Assembly (NCBI GenBank): GCA_037138335.1
Contig: JBAXIO010000005.1
Location: 93,088 to 157,087 of the forward strand
Source of the DNA: Bacteroidota bacterium
GTDB lineage: Bacteria > Bacteroidota > Bacteroidia > Bacteroidales > FEN-979
DNA length: 64,000 nt
Reading direction: 5' to 3'
In this document: piece by piece, positions 38,483 to 46,619 of the stretch
Position numbering within the stretch: the first letter of the stretch is position 1
How the letters are laid out: the number at the start of each line of letters is the position of its first letter
The notes under the pieces: model-generated
Database searches by the model: none
Told to the model about the DNA's origin: nothing
The model's input: only the letters and a program-made list of their open reading frames with translations
Position numbers and translations under genes: made by a program

Positions 38483-39958
38483 TTAACTAAGGGGTTCTGT
38501 TATTACTTCATTTGGTTTTACGGGAATGAGTTTATCCATTGCAGGAGCCATAAACACATAGGCCATGCTGATATAAACGACCAGGCCGGTTGGGAACTGT
38601 CCCAGAACGGCATTGCCGTAGCTGGCAACCAGGATGCCGAAAACACCGCACAAAAGTGCGGCGATCTTCACCTCCAGATCTTTATTTTTTATCTGAAACA
38701 TGCTTATATATAATCCTTTGCCGGTAAAATAGCCCAGGATCAGAAGATGCAGGTAAAGGCCGATTATTCCCGCTTCCGCCCATATAAGAACAAACCAGCT
38801 GTCGGTAGCAACGCTTGAGAGGAAAGTCTCCCCTGTATATGTTATTGCCCTGCTTCCCGCGTGACCGATACCCCCTCCAAAAGGCCTGGTTTTAAGGTAA
38901 GCTTCAAAAATAGCCTGGTTCTTGAGCCTAACCTGAAATGATGCATCATCATCAGGAGTAAAAGCCGATCTCATCCGATATACCTGGTAACTGCTGTCGC
39001 CTATTGTCGTGTACCTGAAAAAGGAATAAATGAAGATGAGAAATATTGCACCAATTATAATTACTTTAACATTCTTCCTGATAATTATATATAAAGCGCC
39101 ACCTGCAAAAGGCACGAAAATTGCACCCCTGGTTCCGGAACTGGACATGCCATAATACCCGGCAATAAAAACAACGGCCCAGAACAGCCTGCTTCTTAAA
39201 CGTTTTTCATAAAAGAACATGATCATTGCAACAACCCCGATTTGCCCCTGGGCGGCACCAAACTGGCCGGCATCAGAGAAAAATGAGAAAGCCCGTAAAT
39301 TCCCCCACAGGATATGGGTCACGGCACCAACTTCATCAAGCCATTTTTGCTCCCACGGGTCAACCCCTATATTCAGCTGTATCCATGCTTTGGCTGATGC
39401 GATGATAGATATTATGGCCCATATTTTTAAAAAGCGGTCGAGGTGTTTCGGTGTATTATAAAGAAGTTGCACAAGGGGGATCACAAGTAACATGTATAAG
39501 CCTATACCACGCATGGAAGCAAACCAGGCTGTTTTATTCACTGCCTCAGGGTTGAACATTTCAAGTACAATATATCCGAACCATACCACGGCAAGGTAGG
39601 TCAGGTCATTTTGAACAGGTTTCAGGTCAAGCTTCTTGTCATAAAAATGGAAGAACATTGCGATATAAGTAGATATCAGCGTGATGTCCATCAGGTACCC
39701 CAATTTAACTGGGATATATCGGGAAATCCCGATGATAAAGAAATTAATGATAAAAGCGAAAGTAATACCGATCTCAGGTTTTAGAATAAGCCGGTAGAAT
39801 GAATAGAAAAGAATGGGGATCGCAATGACAATGGCAGCGGTCATCATGCCCCCCAGGGCCATTGCATAGCCCAAGACAATAGCAGCAATTAACATGATCC
39901 CAACCAGAAATGGATTTCTGAGTAGTTCAGCTCCGGTAGGTATTTGAAAAAGGTTCAT
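38483..39958 (-). CDS. O-antigen ligase/polymerase (Wzy-like) family membrane protein
   Basis: 491 aa, at least 10 predicted TM helices, central SSSGTRGAIFVPFAGG segment resembling the Wzy_C motif, positioned next to Wzx. Confidence 0.6.
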   Translation of the reverse strand: MNLFQIPTGAELLRNPFLVGIMLIAAIVLGYAMALGGMMTAAIVIAIPILFYSFYRLILKPEIGITFAFIINFFIIGISRYIPVKLGYLMDITLISTYIAMFFHFYDKKLDLKPVQNDLTYLAVVWFGYIVLEMFNPEAVNKTAWFASMRGIGLYMLLVIPLVQLLYNTPKHLDRFLKIWAIISIIASAKAWIQLNIGVDPWEQKWLDEVGAVTHILWGNLRAFSFFSDAGQFGAAQGQIGVVAMIMFFYEKRLRSRLFWAVVFIAGYYGMSSSGTRGAIFVPFAGGALYIIIRKNVKVIIIGAIFLIFIYSFFRYTTIGDSSYQVYRMRSAFTPDDDASFQVRLKNQAIFEAYLKTRPFGGGIGHAGSRAITYTGETFLSSVATDSWFVLIWAEAGIIGLYLHLLILGYFTGKGLYISMFQIKNKDLEVKIAALLCGVFGILVASYGNAVLGQFPTGLVVYISMAYVFMAPAMDKLIPVKPNEVITEPLS

Positions 39959-39963
39959 TGTTA

Positions 39964-41364
39964 CTATTGAAATAAGGGTTCTTTGTTTTTAAGGCGCTTG
40001 TTTAATTCTTTATAAAAAGCAAAGCCTTTCGAAAAAATAAGGGTGAATGAAATGTCTATTTCTTTCTTCAGAAAATGATATCCTATAAACAGTCCGATTA
40101 CAGAAAACACTATCGACGCTATTGCAACGAATAAAAGAATCGTTATCGGGGGCATGGAAGGAAAAAGGTAATGCAGTCCGAAAATTGCGAAGACATCCCC
40201 GAGTATGTTGGCGATAGTCATTACAGCCACTTTCTGGAAATTCTTATCCGGCCTGTTCAGGCTGTCAAGTGCAACTCCTGTAAAGCGGTCTAGGGGCATG
40301 AGCATCCCATAGAGGATAAACACCATAAGGACATAAGTAATATGCGGAGAAGTCGTAAGATATTTTGCCCCTCCGAGAATAAGAATGAAATATTTATTCA
40401 GAACAAGGCTGATTGCCGCAATGAGGATGAAAATATAGACTATCGGGCCGGTATAGGCATAATAAATCCTCTTAAAGCCTTCCTTGTTATTTTCCATGCT
40501 CATTTTTGAGAGTTTGGGGAAGGCTGTTGTTGCAAAGCTAAGCAGGGGGATCTCAATGAATTCAATGTATTTCAATGGTATGGCATATATTGCGACACTG
40601 GCAGGACCCATGAATGCGCTGAAAGATATAATAAAACTGTCGGCACCTTTGAGAAGGCTGCTCCCAATGCGTGTTGCCATGGAATACCTCCCGTATTTCA
40701 GGATATCAACGACTTTTTCTTTACTTATATGCCGGATGTACTGAAGGCCGGTCCATTTGCGGATAACACAAAACAAGGAAGTAGCCAGGTTCGTCGCAAT
40801 ATATATGAGCACTACCGTTTTTACATCAATTTTAATGAAGAGGTAGGCAAAGAAGATGATCACCAGAAATGAGCAAAGGTTGAAAAACCTTATCCACAGT
40901 ATCTTTCCAAAATCAATGTCGGCCTGGAAGATTGACCAGGCGTAATTCCATGGCAGGGTGACAAGCCCGAGCAGGGGGTACCAGGTAAAGAACAAAGAAT
41001 AGCCGCTTTCCTGCAAGGCATGAGGGATTAGCAGCGCAACGGTCCATAAAATCACCGTAATGCCGGCAAGAATAAGCAAACCTACCACCCAGGCAGAACC
41101 AAGATAATATTTTCTTTCCTCCGTATTACTTCCTGAAAGGTACCTGACAAGGGCTTCTTTTGTTACTCCGAACCTCAGCATGTCGATTAAGGAGGCAGGT
41201 GTAGTAAACAGGATCCAAATACCAAAATCATGGATGGATAACATCCTGAGAAGAATCATAAAAGAAAACAGGCCGGCCAGGGCGGTCGACAGGTTCCCGG
41301 CGAATGAAAGGAAATTCGCGTCTTTTACTATCTTAAACGATGTTTGTTTTAAGAATGCCCACAT
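39964..41364 (-). CDS. Polysaccharide flippase (Wzx/MOP superfamily)
   Basis: 466 aa, about 12-14 TM helices, no soluble domain, located between the PCP and Wzy-like genes. Assignment rests on topology and context. Confidence 0.65.
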   Translation of the reverse strand: MWAFLKQTSFKIVKDANFLSFAGNLSTALAGLFSFMILLRMLSIHDFGIWILFTTPASLIDMLRFGVTKEALVRYLSGSNTEERKYYLGSAWVVGLLILAGITVILWTVALLIPHALQESGYSLFFTWYPLLGLVTLPWNYAWSIFQADIDFGKILWIRFFNLCSFLVIIFFAYLFIKIDVKTVVLIYIATNLATSLFCVIRKWTGLQYIRHISKEKVVDILKYGRYSMATRIGSSLLKGADSFIISFSAFMGPASVAIYAIPLKYIEFIEIPLLSFATTAFPKLSKMSMENNKEGFKRIYYAYTGPIVYIFILIAAISLVLNKYFILILGGAKYLTTSPHITYVLMVFILYGMLMPLDRFTGVALDSLNRPDKNFQKVAVMTIANILGDVFAIFGLHYLFPSMPPITILLFVAIASIVFSVIGLFIGYHFLKKEIDISFTLIFSKGFAFYKELNKRLKNKEPLFQ

Positions 41365-41387
41365 GATGAATCAAATTATGGCCATCA

Positions 41388-44078
41388 TCAGGAAATGACA
41401 TTGTCTTCACGAAATCTGAATGTCAGAATCCTTTTAACCGTTTTGCGAAACTTTGATCGTGGTTTTGGGATTTCTCCGAAAACCGAATCCAGGAACATCA
41501 GCTCAACCCCGTTAAGGACGATCTGGGTAGGTTGTTTTGTAACGGAAAGGAATCCATTCAAGGCAGCCTTGTCGGCATCGGTCCATGACCGGTTAGCCCT
41601 TACAACGAGGAGGGCAAGGTCAAATTTTGAAATCAGATCGATCGGATAGGCATTATTAATGAGGGATGGTAATTCAATGAAAATGTAATCATAGGACTCC
41701 AGGTCGAGATGTTCATAACCTCTCAGGAGTTCCATGGTGTCTTTTGTCTCAAAGAAATTATCCTGAATAATATACTGGACTTCATCTTCAGCAGGAGGGA
41801 TCAGTTCCCCATTGCCAAATTCTTCTGCCGGCCCCAGGTTCTCCTTGATATAATTCAGAAAAAGTGCATTTTCTCCAAATGATTTGAATTTCCTGCTGAG
41901 CTCTCTGCCAATGGTTGTTTTGCCTTCATAATCCCTGGTACTGAAAAGAAGAATGATGATTGGTTTCTTTTCGCTGTTACTTAAAAATTTGTGAAGGCTG
42001 ATTTTAATATTCTGGGCCATAATTTCAACAAGCCTGGGTAAAATAAACCCGATATCCACATTGTAAATCTGTTTTACAATTTTAGGATAAAGCCCGGCAA
42101 GTTTGAGTTTGATAAGCCGCTCTGCCCTTTCACCTGTTTTAATAGTAGTGTCGAAGAATTCGAGGGCAAGCAAAACAATGATGACAAAGATCAATCCAAG
42201 TATAGCTGATGCGAGGACCAGCAGCATAGCTTTAGACCTTAAGGCATGAAGGGGATAATAAGGAGCGTCCACTACTTTAAGGTTTGTGGCCAGCTCATCA
42301 TCCTGCTGCCTGAGTTTTGCAAGGTTAAGGTCATGCAAGAGTTCGAGGAATTCACTTTCCGTAACACCGATAAGCCGTTCAAATCTCTTCTGCTGGGCTC
42401 CTAAGGGGGCGAATACCTCATAGACTTTCTGAAAATACCTCTTCCGTTCGGTCAGCACCCTGAGTGCGGCTTTGCTTTCTTCGTAATTAACGACATTTGT
42501 GAGCCAGGCGTTAAGCAGGTCTTTCAAGGGCAGGCCTTCAACTGAGTTGGTAACAAGGTAAAGCTGGTCGATATTGTCTTTCAATTCCAGTTTAATCGCT
42601 TCAACTTTGTTTTTAAGGGTTGTAAGTTGTTTGATGGTCGCCGAGTCATTGCCAAGATCGATCTCAATATTGGCAATTTGCATGGTTGTGTTGGTCAGGT
42701 CATTGCGAAGCCTCAGGATGGCGCTGGTGTTCAGCGAAAGTTTAGCATGGTTTTCCAGTTTCTTCTCAATTATCTTAATAGCTGCATCGGAGGAAGCAAG
42801 GGCGATTTGTTTATTCTGGAAGTCAACATCAAGTTCTTCTTTCGTGCTGGCGATTACTTTTGTCTGCTCGTAGAAGTTGATGATGTTGTTTTTTGAATTG
42901 AACATGAGCAGGTCCGATTCGGCTCTTTGCAGCTTTCTCATGGCTGCTTCAAGTTGTGCCCTGAAATAGGCAATTACCGCATCCGTTTGATTCTGTTTAA
43001 GCAATTTGAATGAGCGGATGAAGCCTTTGGTCAGGAATACAAGCGTTTGCTGGGCAATGCCGGCATCAGTGGATTTATAAGTAAGTTTCAGCAGGTCGCT
43101 GCTTTGGATCCTTACTGTTTCGACTGTAGATAAGGCACTGAGGCTGTAGAACGGGTCTTTTTGTGAATTCCAGAGTTCATATATAAAATTATAATCATTC
43201 TGGTGGCCATAGGCTACCAGTTGTCTTACCAATCTGTCAAATGCAGTTGTGTCTGTTAAATTACGGTGTGAAATGCTTATAGTTGTGGAAGTATCAAATT
43301 GAGAGTAAAAGTCGGAAGGCAGGGAAGTCGTATCAACCACTCCTTCAGAACTGCCCGTTCTGACGGGTGCAGGTTCGATTTTTTCAGTTTCGGTAGGATA
43401 TGAAGCAGGTTCCGGCATCTGTCCCGGGATATCAACTTTCAGTCTCTGTCCTGAAGAGATCTCAGTGTTCCTGAGCCGGTTATAACTCATCAGTTTCCTC
43501 ACGCTCAAACCGTAGTTGCGGGCGATAGAAAACATAGTTTCCCCTGGTTTGACCACATGGTAGGATTCCCTGGGCTGAGGGGGTTGGTAAGCTGTTTTTT
43601 CTGAATTATTTTGAGTTTCCGGTGAAGAATAGGAGGTATCGGCCTGGGAAGTCTTTTTTGAAGGGGCTTTGAAAAATTTAGGATTCGAGCGTTTTGCTTT
43701 TCTCACGATATCCATAACATCGGGGGGCACCTTCGAGATGAGTTCGTCATAGTGTTCCTTTGATATATATCTTTCATCGTAATGATCCAGTAAAAGGTGT
43801 TGGGCCAGGAGGGAGGCAGAGACTTCTTCCAGGGTCTGCCGGGAACGGATAAGGTTGATAAGATTGTCATAGATGGTGTTTTTGACCATCACGTCGGTAT
43901 AGGCTTGCTGCTGCACAGTATAGCCGGAAGTTACGCCGGTATAAATAGTAGTTTCCGAGATGTAACTCCACTGGTCCTTTCGGGTCAAGAAGAAGACGAC
44001 TGCTGCAATCAGAAGCGGGACAAGTATCAGTAGCAATACATGTCGTTGTAATATCTTGACAAAGTAGATAATTTTCAT
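41388..44078 (-). CDS. Polysaccharide co-polymerase (Wzz/GumC/Wzc-like) with an inserted LysM domain and a degenerate C-terminal P-loop module
   Basis: N-terminal TM helix, long coiled-coil periplasmic region, second TM MLLVLASAILGLIFVIIVLLAL, P-loop FSTRDYEGKTTIG, Walker-B-like YDYIFIELPS. LysM YHVVKPGETMFSIARNYGLSVRKLMSYNRLRNTEISSGQRLKV at aa 173-216. Confidence 0.75.
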   Translation of the reverse strand: MKIIYFVKILQRHVLLLILVPLLIAAVVFFLTRKDQWSYISETTIYTGVTSGYTVQQQAYTDVMVKNTIYDNLINLIRSRQTLEEVSASLLAQHLLLDHYDERYISKEHYDELISKVPPDVMDIVRKAKRSNPKFFKAPSKKTSQADTSYSSPETQNNSEKTAYQPPQPRESYHVVKPGETMFSIARNYGLSVRKLMSYNRLRNTEISSGQRLKVDIPGQMPEPASYPTETEKIEPAPVRTGSSEGVVDTTSLPSDFYSQFDTSTTISISHRNLTDTTAFDRLVRQLVAYGHQNDYNFIYELWNSQKDPFYSLSALSTVETVRIQSSDLLKLTYKSTDAGIAQQTLVFLTKGFIRSFKLLKQNQTDAVIAYFRAQLEAAMRKLQRAESDLLMFNSKNNIINFYEQTKVIASTKEELDVDFQNKQIALASSDAAIKIIEKKLENHAKLSLNTSAILRLRNDLTNTTMQIANIEIDLGNDSATIKQLTTLKNKVEAIKLELKDNIDQLYLVTNSVEGLPLKDLLNAWLTNVVNYEESKAALRVLTERKRYFQKVYEVFAPLGAQQKRFERLIGVTESEFLELLHDLNLAKLRQQDDELATNLKVVDAPYYPLHALRSKAMLLVLASAILGLIFVIIVLLALEFFDTTIKTGERAERLIKLKLAGLYPKIVKQIYNVDIGFILPRLVEIMAQNIKISLHKFLSNSEKKPIIILLFSTRDYEGKTTIGRELSRKFKSFGENALFLNYIKENLGPAEEFGNGELIPPAEDEVQYIIQDNFFETKDTMELLRGYEHLDLESYDYIFIELPSLINNAYPIDLISKFDLALLVVRANRSWTDADKAALNGFLSVTKQPTQIVLNGVELMFLDSVFGEIPKPRSKFRKTVKRILTFRFREDNVIS
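43431..43562 (-). other. LysM (peptidoglycan/chitin-binding) domain embedded in the PCP protein
   Basis: Close match to the LysM consensus Y.V..GDTL..IA..Y......L...N.L.....I..GQ.L.I; flanked by Pro/Ser/Thr/Gln-rich linkers. Confidence 0.8.
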
Positions 44079-44866
44079 TATTCTATTTTGTTAATAACGT
44101 TGAATTTAAAACCACAAAGTTCCTGCAATATCATGTATGAATTGAAGAATGCATTCCTTGAGGTCTCGTAATTGTATACGGCAACTCGGTACATTTCCAT
44201 TATATAGGCAAGATCATATAAGGTTGACTGGCCGTTGAGAAATTCTTTATCGCCCATTTCTTTGTTCATTGCCCCGGCAATAACGCTCTCATTTGCATTC
44301 TTAAGGATCTTCTGATTAACGATCAGCTGATTATATTGTGTAATGATTTTTTGTCGCAACTCCAGGATCACATTGTCCTTGTTTGCCATCGACTTTTCAA
44401 TTTCCTTGGTTGCCGTTTTCATCTGGTTCTTGCGGTCCCAGAAATCCTGCATAGGGAGGCGGAAGCTGACCTGTCCAAACCCCCTGTAACTGTTCTGGAA
44501 AGAATACATGATATTGTTATCGCCGAGGTTGCTGGTATTATTTGTGGTAGCATCCCACCAGTCGGTCTGCAGATATCCGTCAAGATAAAAATTTCTCATC
44601 CAGACCCGGCCGACTGATATAACCCTGTAACGCCATGCATCTATGTCAGCTTCATAGTATTTAATCTGCGGATTGTGTACAACGGCAGAGTCGATAAGGT
44701 CTTCAAGGGGGGGGATGCGCTGTGTGATATCATCTATAAGGGGGTTGAAATAGGTAGTGTCCCTCATCTGGCCAAAGCCCAGTGCGGGCAGCAGGAATAA
44801 CACCATCAGGAAAAAGTGCTGCAACACTTTCTTTAAATCAGGTCTTTCAGAATTCAGGATTCCCAT
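44078..44866 (-). CDS. Secreted protein resembling a single TolC/OEP-type repeat (half-size outer-membrane factor)
   Basis: Signal-like hydrophobic N-terminus, LEDLIDSAVVHNPQIKYYEADIDAWRY (OEP-family opening motif), helical heptad-rich C-terminal half, terminal aromatic GFKF. Translationally coupled on both sides (TAAATG and TAATG junctions). Confidence 0.35.
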   Translation of the reverse strand: MGILNSERPDLKKVLQHFFLMVLFLLPALGFGQMRDTTYFNPLIDDITQRIPPLEDLIDSAVVHNPQIKYYEADIDAWRYRVISVGRVWMRNFYLDGYLQTDWWDATTNNTSNLGDNNIMYSFQNSYRGFGQVSFRLPMQDFWDRKNQMKTATKEIEKSMANKDNVILELRQKIITQYNQLIVNQKILKNANESVIAGAMNKEMGDKEFLNGQSTLYDLAYIMEMYRVAVYNYETSRNAFFNSYMILQELCGFKFNVINKIE

Positions 44867-46099
44867 TTACATATTCTCCTTTTGAAATAAAGCGCCGAAT
44901 GTTCTGAATATGATAACCAGGTCACTCCAGAATGTGTTATGCTCGGCATAATAATTGTCAAGTGCGAACCTCTCTTCTTCCGACATTGGTCCGGTTCTCC
45001 CTCTTTTTTCTACCTGCCAGAGACCGGTCAAACCAGCTGCCGACCGGAACCTGCGGCTCCATTTCTTTTTTGTCAGGGCTTCGGCTTCATTTAAAGGTAA
45101 AGGCCGGTTCCCGACGATCGACATATCCCCTTTAAGGACATTGATAAGTTGCGGCAATTCATCGATACTCGTCATCCTGATAAATTTGCCGACCTTGGTT
45201 ATCCTCGGGTCGTCTTTAATTTTAAGGAAAGCCTTCCTGGCGCTCCTGCGTTTGTTTGCTATTCTTTCACAAACCTGTTCTCCATCATAATATACCAGGG
45301 GGGAACAATACTGCCCCTCGGGTAATTTGGCGCATTCGGTGCATTTGACCTCCACGGTTTCACTGATATACTGGTTGAGATGCTCAACTTCCTTTAATCG
45401 TTTGTCGGCATCAGGATACATCGAACGGAACTTATAGAAATCAAAAATTTTGTAATTGGCACCAACCCTTTTTGAAAAATAATATACTTTCCCTCTGGAT
45501 TCAATCCGTATCGCAAACATGGTAATGATCATCAGAGGGGAAAGGACAAGAAGTGAAGTCCCCGCCACAAGGAGATCGAACGTCCGTTTAATGAACGGGG
45601 TTTTATAAGCGTTAAAGCTGACGCTTGTATCGACCACGATGGTTTTATTCTCAAATTCCGATTTGAATTTCTTGAGAAGGTTGATCCTGTTATGTATATT
45701 CTCGGGAACAATGTCCTGATGATAAAAATCATCTATGCCCAGCATGTAGGCATTTTTCTTTGCACTGTAATCTTTAAAAAAAGAGATGACAATAAAGGGT
45801 GTTTTCTGGTAAAGCTTGTTAAGCTTTAAACGCCTGAAGAACGAGAATGCATTGATCCCCGGAAGGAGCAGTTCACAAACAATTGCGTCAATAGGCTGTT
45901 TTTCCTCGTATTTTATATCGAACCTTGTGTCCTTGTCCAGGTCGAAAATTTTAAATTGATTGTCGGTCAGCCAATAGATTGCCGATAAGGGATCCCCCAT
46001 GACGGTAACATTGAAGTACCTGGAATTACGGAATTGCTCAGCCATTGACTGATCTTTACCGATATACAGGATATTTAATGCCGTGTTTTCTTTCTCCAT
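44867..46099 (-). CDS. Undecaprenyl-phosphate sugar phosphotransferase (bacterial sugar transferase family) fused to an N-terminal degenerate receiver domain
   Basis: C-terminal PGT core KRTFDLLVAG...RIESRGKVYYFSKRVG...KFRSM...DPRITKVGKFIRMTSIDELPQLINVLKGDMSIVGNRPLP. N-terminal about 135 aa shows a CheY-fold pattern, with IVCELLLPG (Glu76 at the Asp position) and DDFYHQD (no Lys). Confidence 0.85.
   Translation of the reverse strand: MEKENTALNILYIGKDQSMAEQFRNSRYFNVTVMGDPLSAIYWLTDNQFKIFDLDKDTRFDIKYEEKQPIDAIVCELLLPGINAFSFFRRLKLNKLYQKTPFIVISFFKDYSAKKNAYMLGIDDFYHQDIVPENIHNRINLLKKFKSEFENKTIVVDTSVSFNAYKTPFIKRTFDLLVAGTSLLVLSPLMIITMFAIRIESRGKVYYFSKRVGANYKIFDFYKFRSMYPDADKRLKEVEHLNQYISETVEVKCTECAKLPEGQYCSPLVYYDGEQVCERIANKRRSARKAFLKIKDDPRITKVGKFIRMTSIDELPQLINVLKGDMSIVGNRPLPLNEAEALTKKKWSRRFRSAAGLTGLWQVEKRGRTGPMSEEERFALDNYYAEHNTFWSDLVIIFRTFGALFQKENM
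45695..46087 (-). other. Receiver-like (pseudo-receiver) domain of the priming transferase
   Basis: beta1 ILYIGKDQ (DD replaced by KD), beta3 DAIVCELLLPGINAF (D replaced by E), beta4 FIVISF, beta5 GIDDFYHQD (K absent). Confidence 0.6.
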
Positions 46100-46104
46100 C
46101 AGGA

Positions 46105-46506
46105 TTATTGGCTGCTTTTGATGCCCGAAAAGGCTACAGATGTTTCAATACGTCTTTTGATCCTTACAATCAGCTCCCTTGGATTAAATGGTTTCACAAC
46201 ATAATCATCGGCCCCCATTTCAAAACATTTGATTTTATCGGAACTTTCTTCCTTCCCGGATAACATGATCAATGGTATCTCATCAAAAAAACCACTTTCC
46301 CGTATGCGCTTGATAAATTCAAATCCATTCATCACGGGCATTTCCACGTCGCAGATGATTACATCCGGAAGGTTCCCCGACTGGATGTAATAAAGTGCAT
46401 CCATCCCGTTGCTGAGGGTTGTCACTTCAAACTCTTTATTGAAAGTATTTTCTATGATGAACCGGATACTCTTTTCATCGTCTATAGCGAGTATCTTTCT
46501 TTTCAT
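46105..46506 (-). CDS. Single-domain CheY-like response regulator
   Basis: All receiver signatures are intact: ILAIDDE, DVIICDVEMPVMNG, LIMLSG, GADDYVVKPF. 133 aa with no output domain. Confidence 0.9.
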   Translation of the reverse strand: MKRKILAIDDEKSIRFIIENTFNKEFEVTTLSNGMDALYYIQSGNLPDVIICDVEMPVMNGFEFIKRIRESGFFDEIPLIMLSGKEESSDKIKCFEMGADDYVVKPFNPRELIVRIKRRIETSVAFSGIKSSQ

Positions 46507-46526
46507 TTAGAATCAGTTTTGGTAAG

Positions 46527-46534
46527 CAAATATA
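46527..46534 (-). promoter_or_regulatory. Candidate -7 promoter box TATATTTG (TAnnTTTG) for the polysaccharide operon
   Basis: Exact consensus match on the minus strand, 20 nt upstream of the response-regulator ATG, with a TTTG element 13 nt further upstream. Confidence 0.35.
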
Positions 46535-46619
46535 TTCGAATTTACCCCAAACTGCCAAAAAGGTTATTAACAATAAAACGAAAGTTATTAAGAAGAGGAC
46601 TGGCGGAGGTTTAACGAAA

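Noticed and set aside
46521-46546. Short inverted repeat GGTAA...TTACC flanking the candidate -7 box of the EPS operon; considered as an invertible (phase-variable) promoter like those of Bacteroides capsule loci.
   Set aside because: The arms are only 5 bp and 16 nt apart, far smaller than known invertible promoter segments. There is no nearby recombinase gene and no UpxY/UpxZ-type genes.
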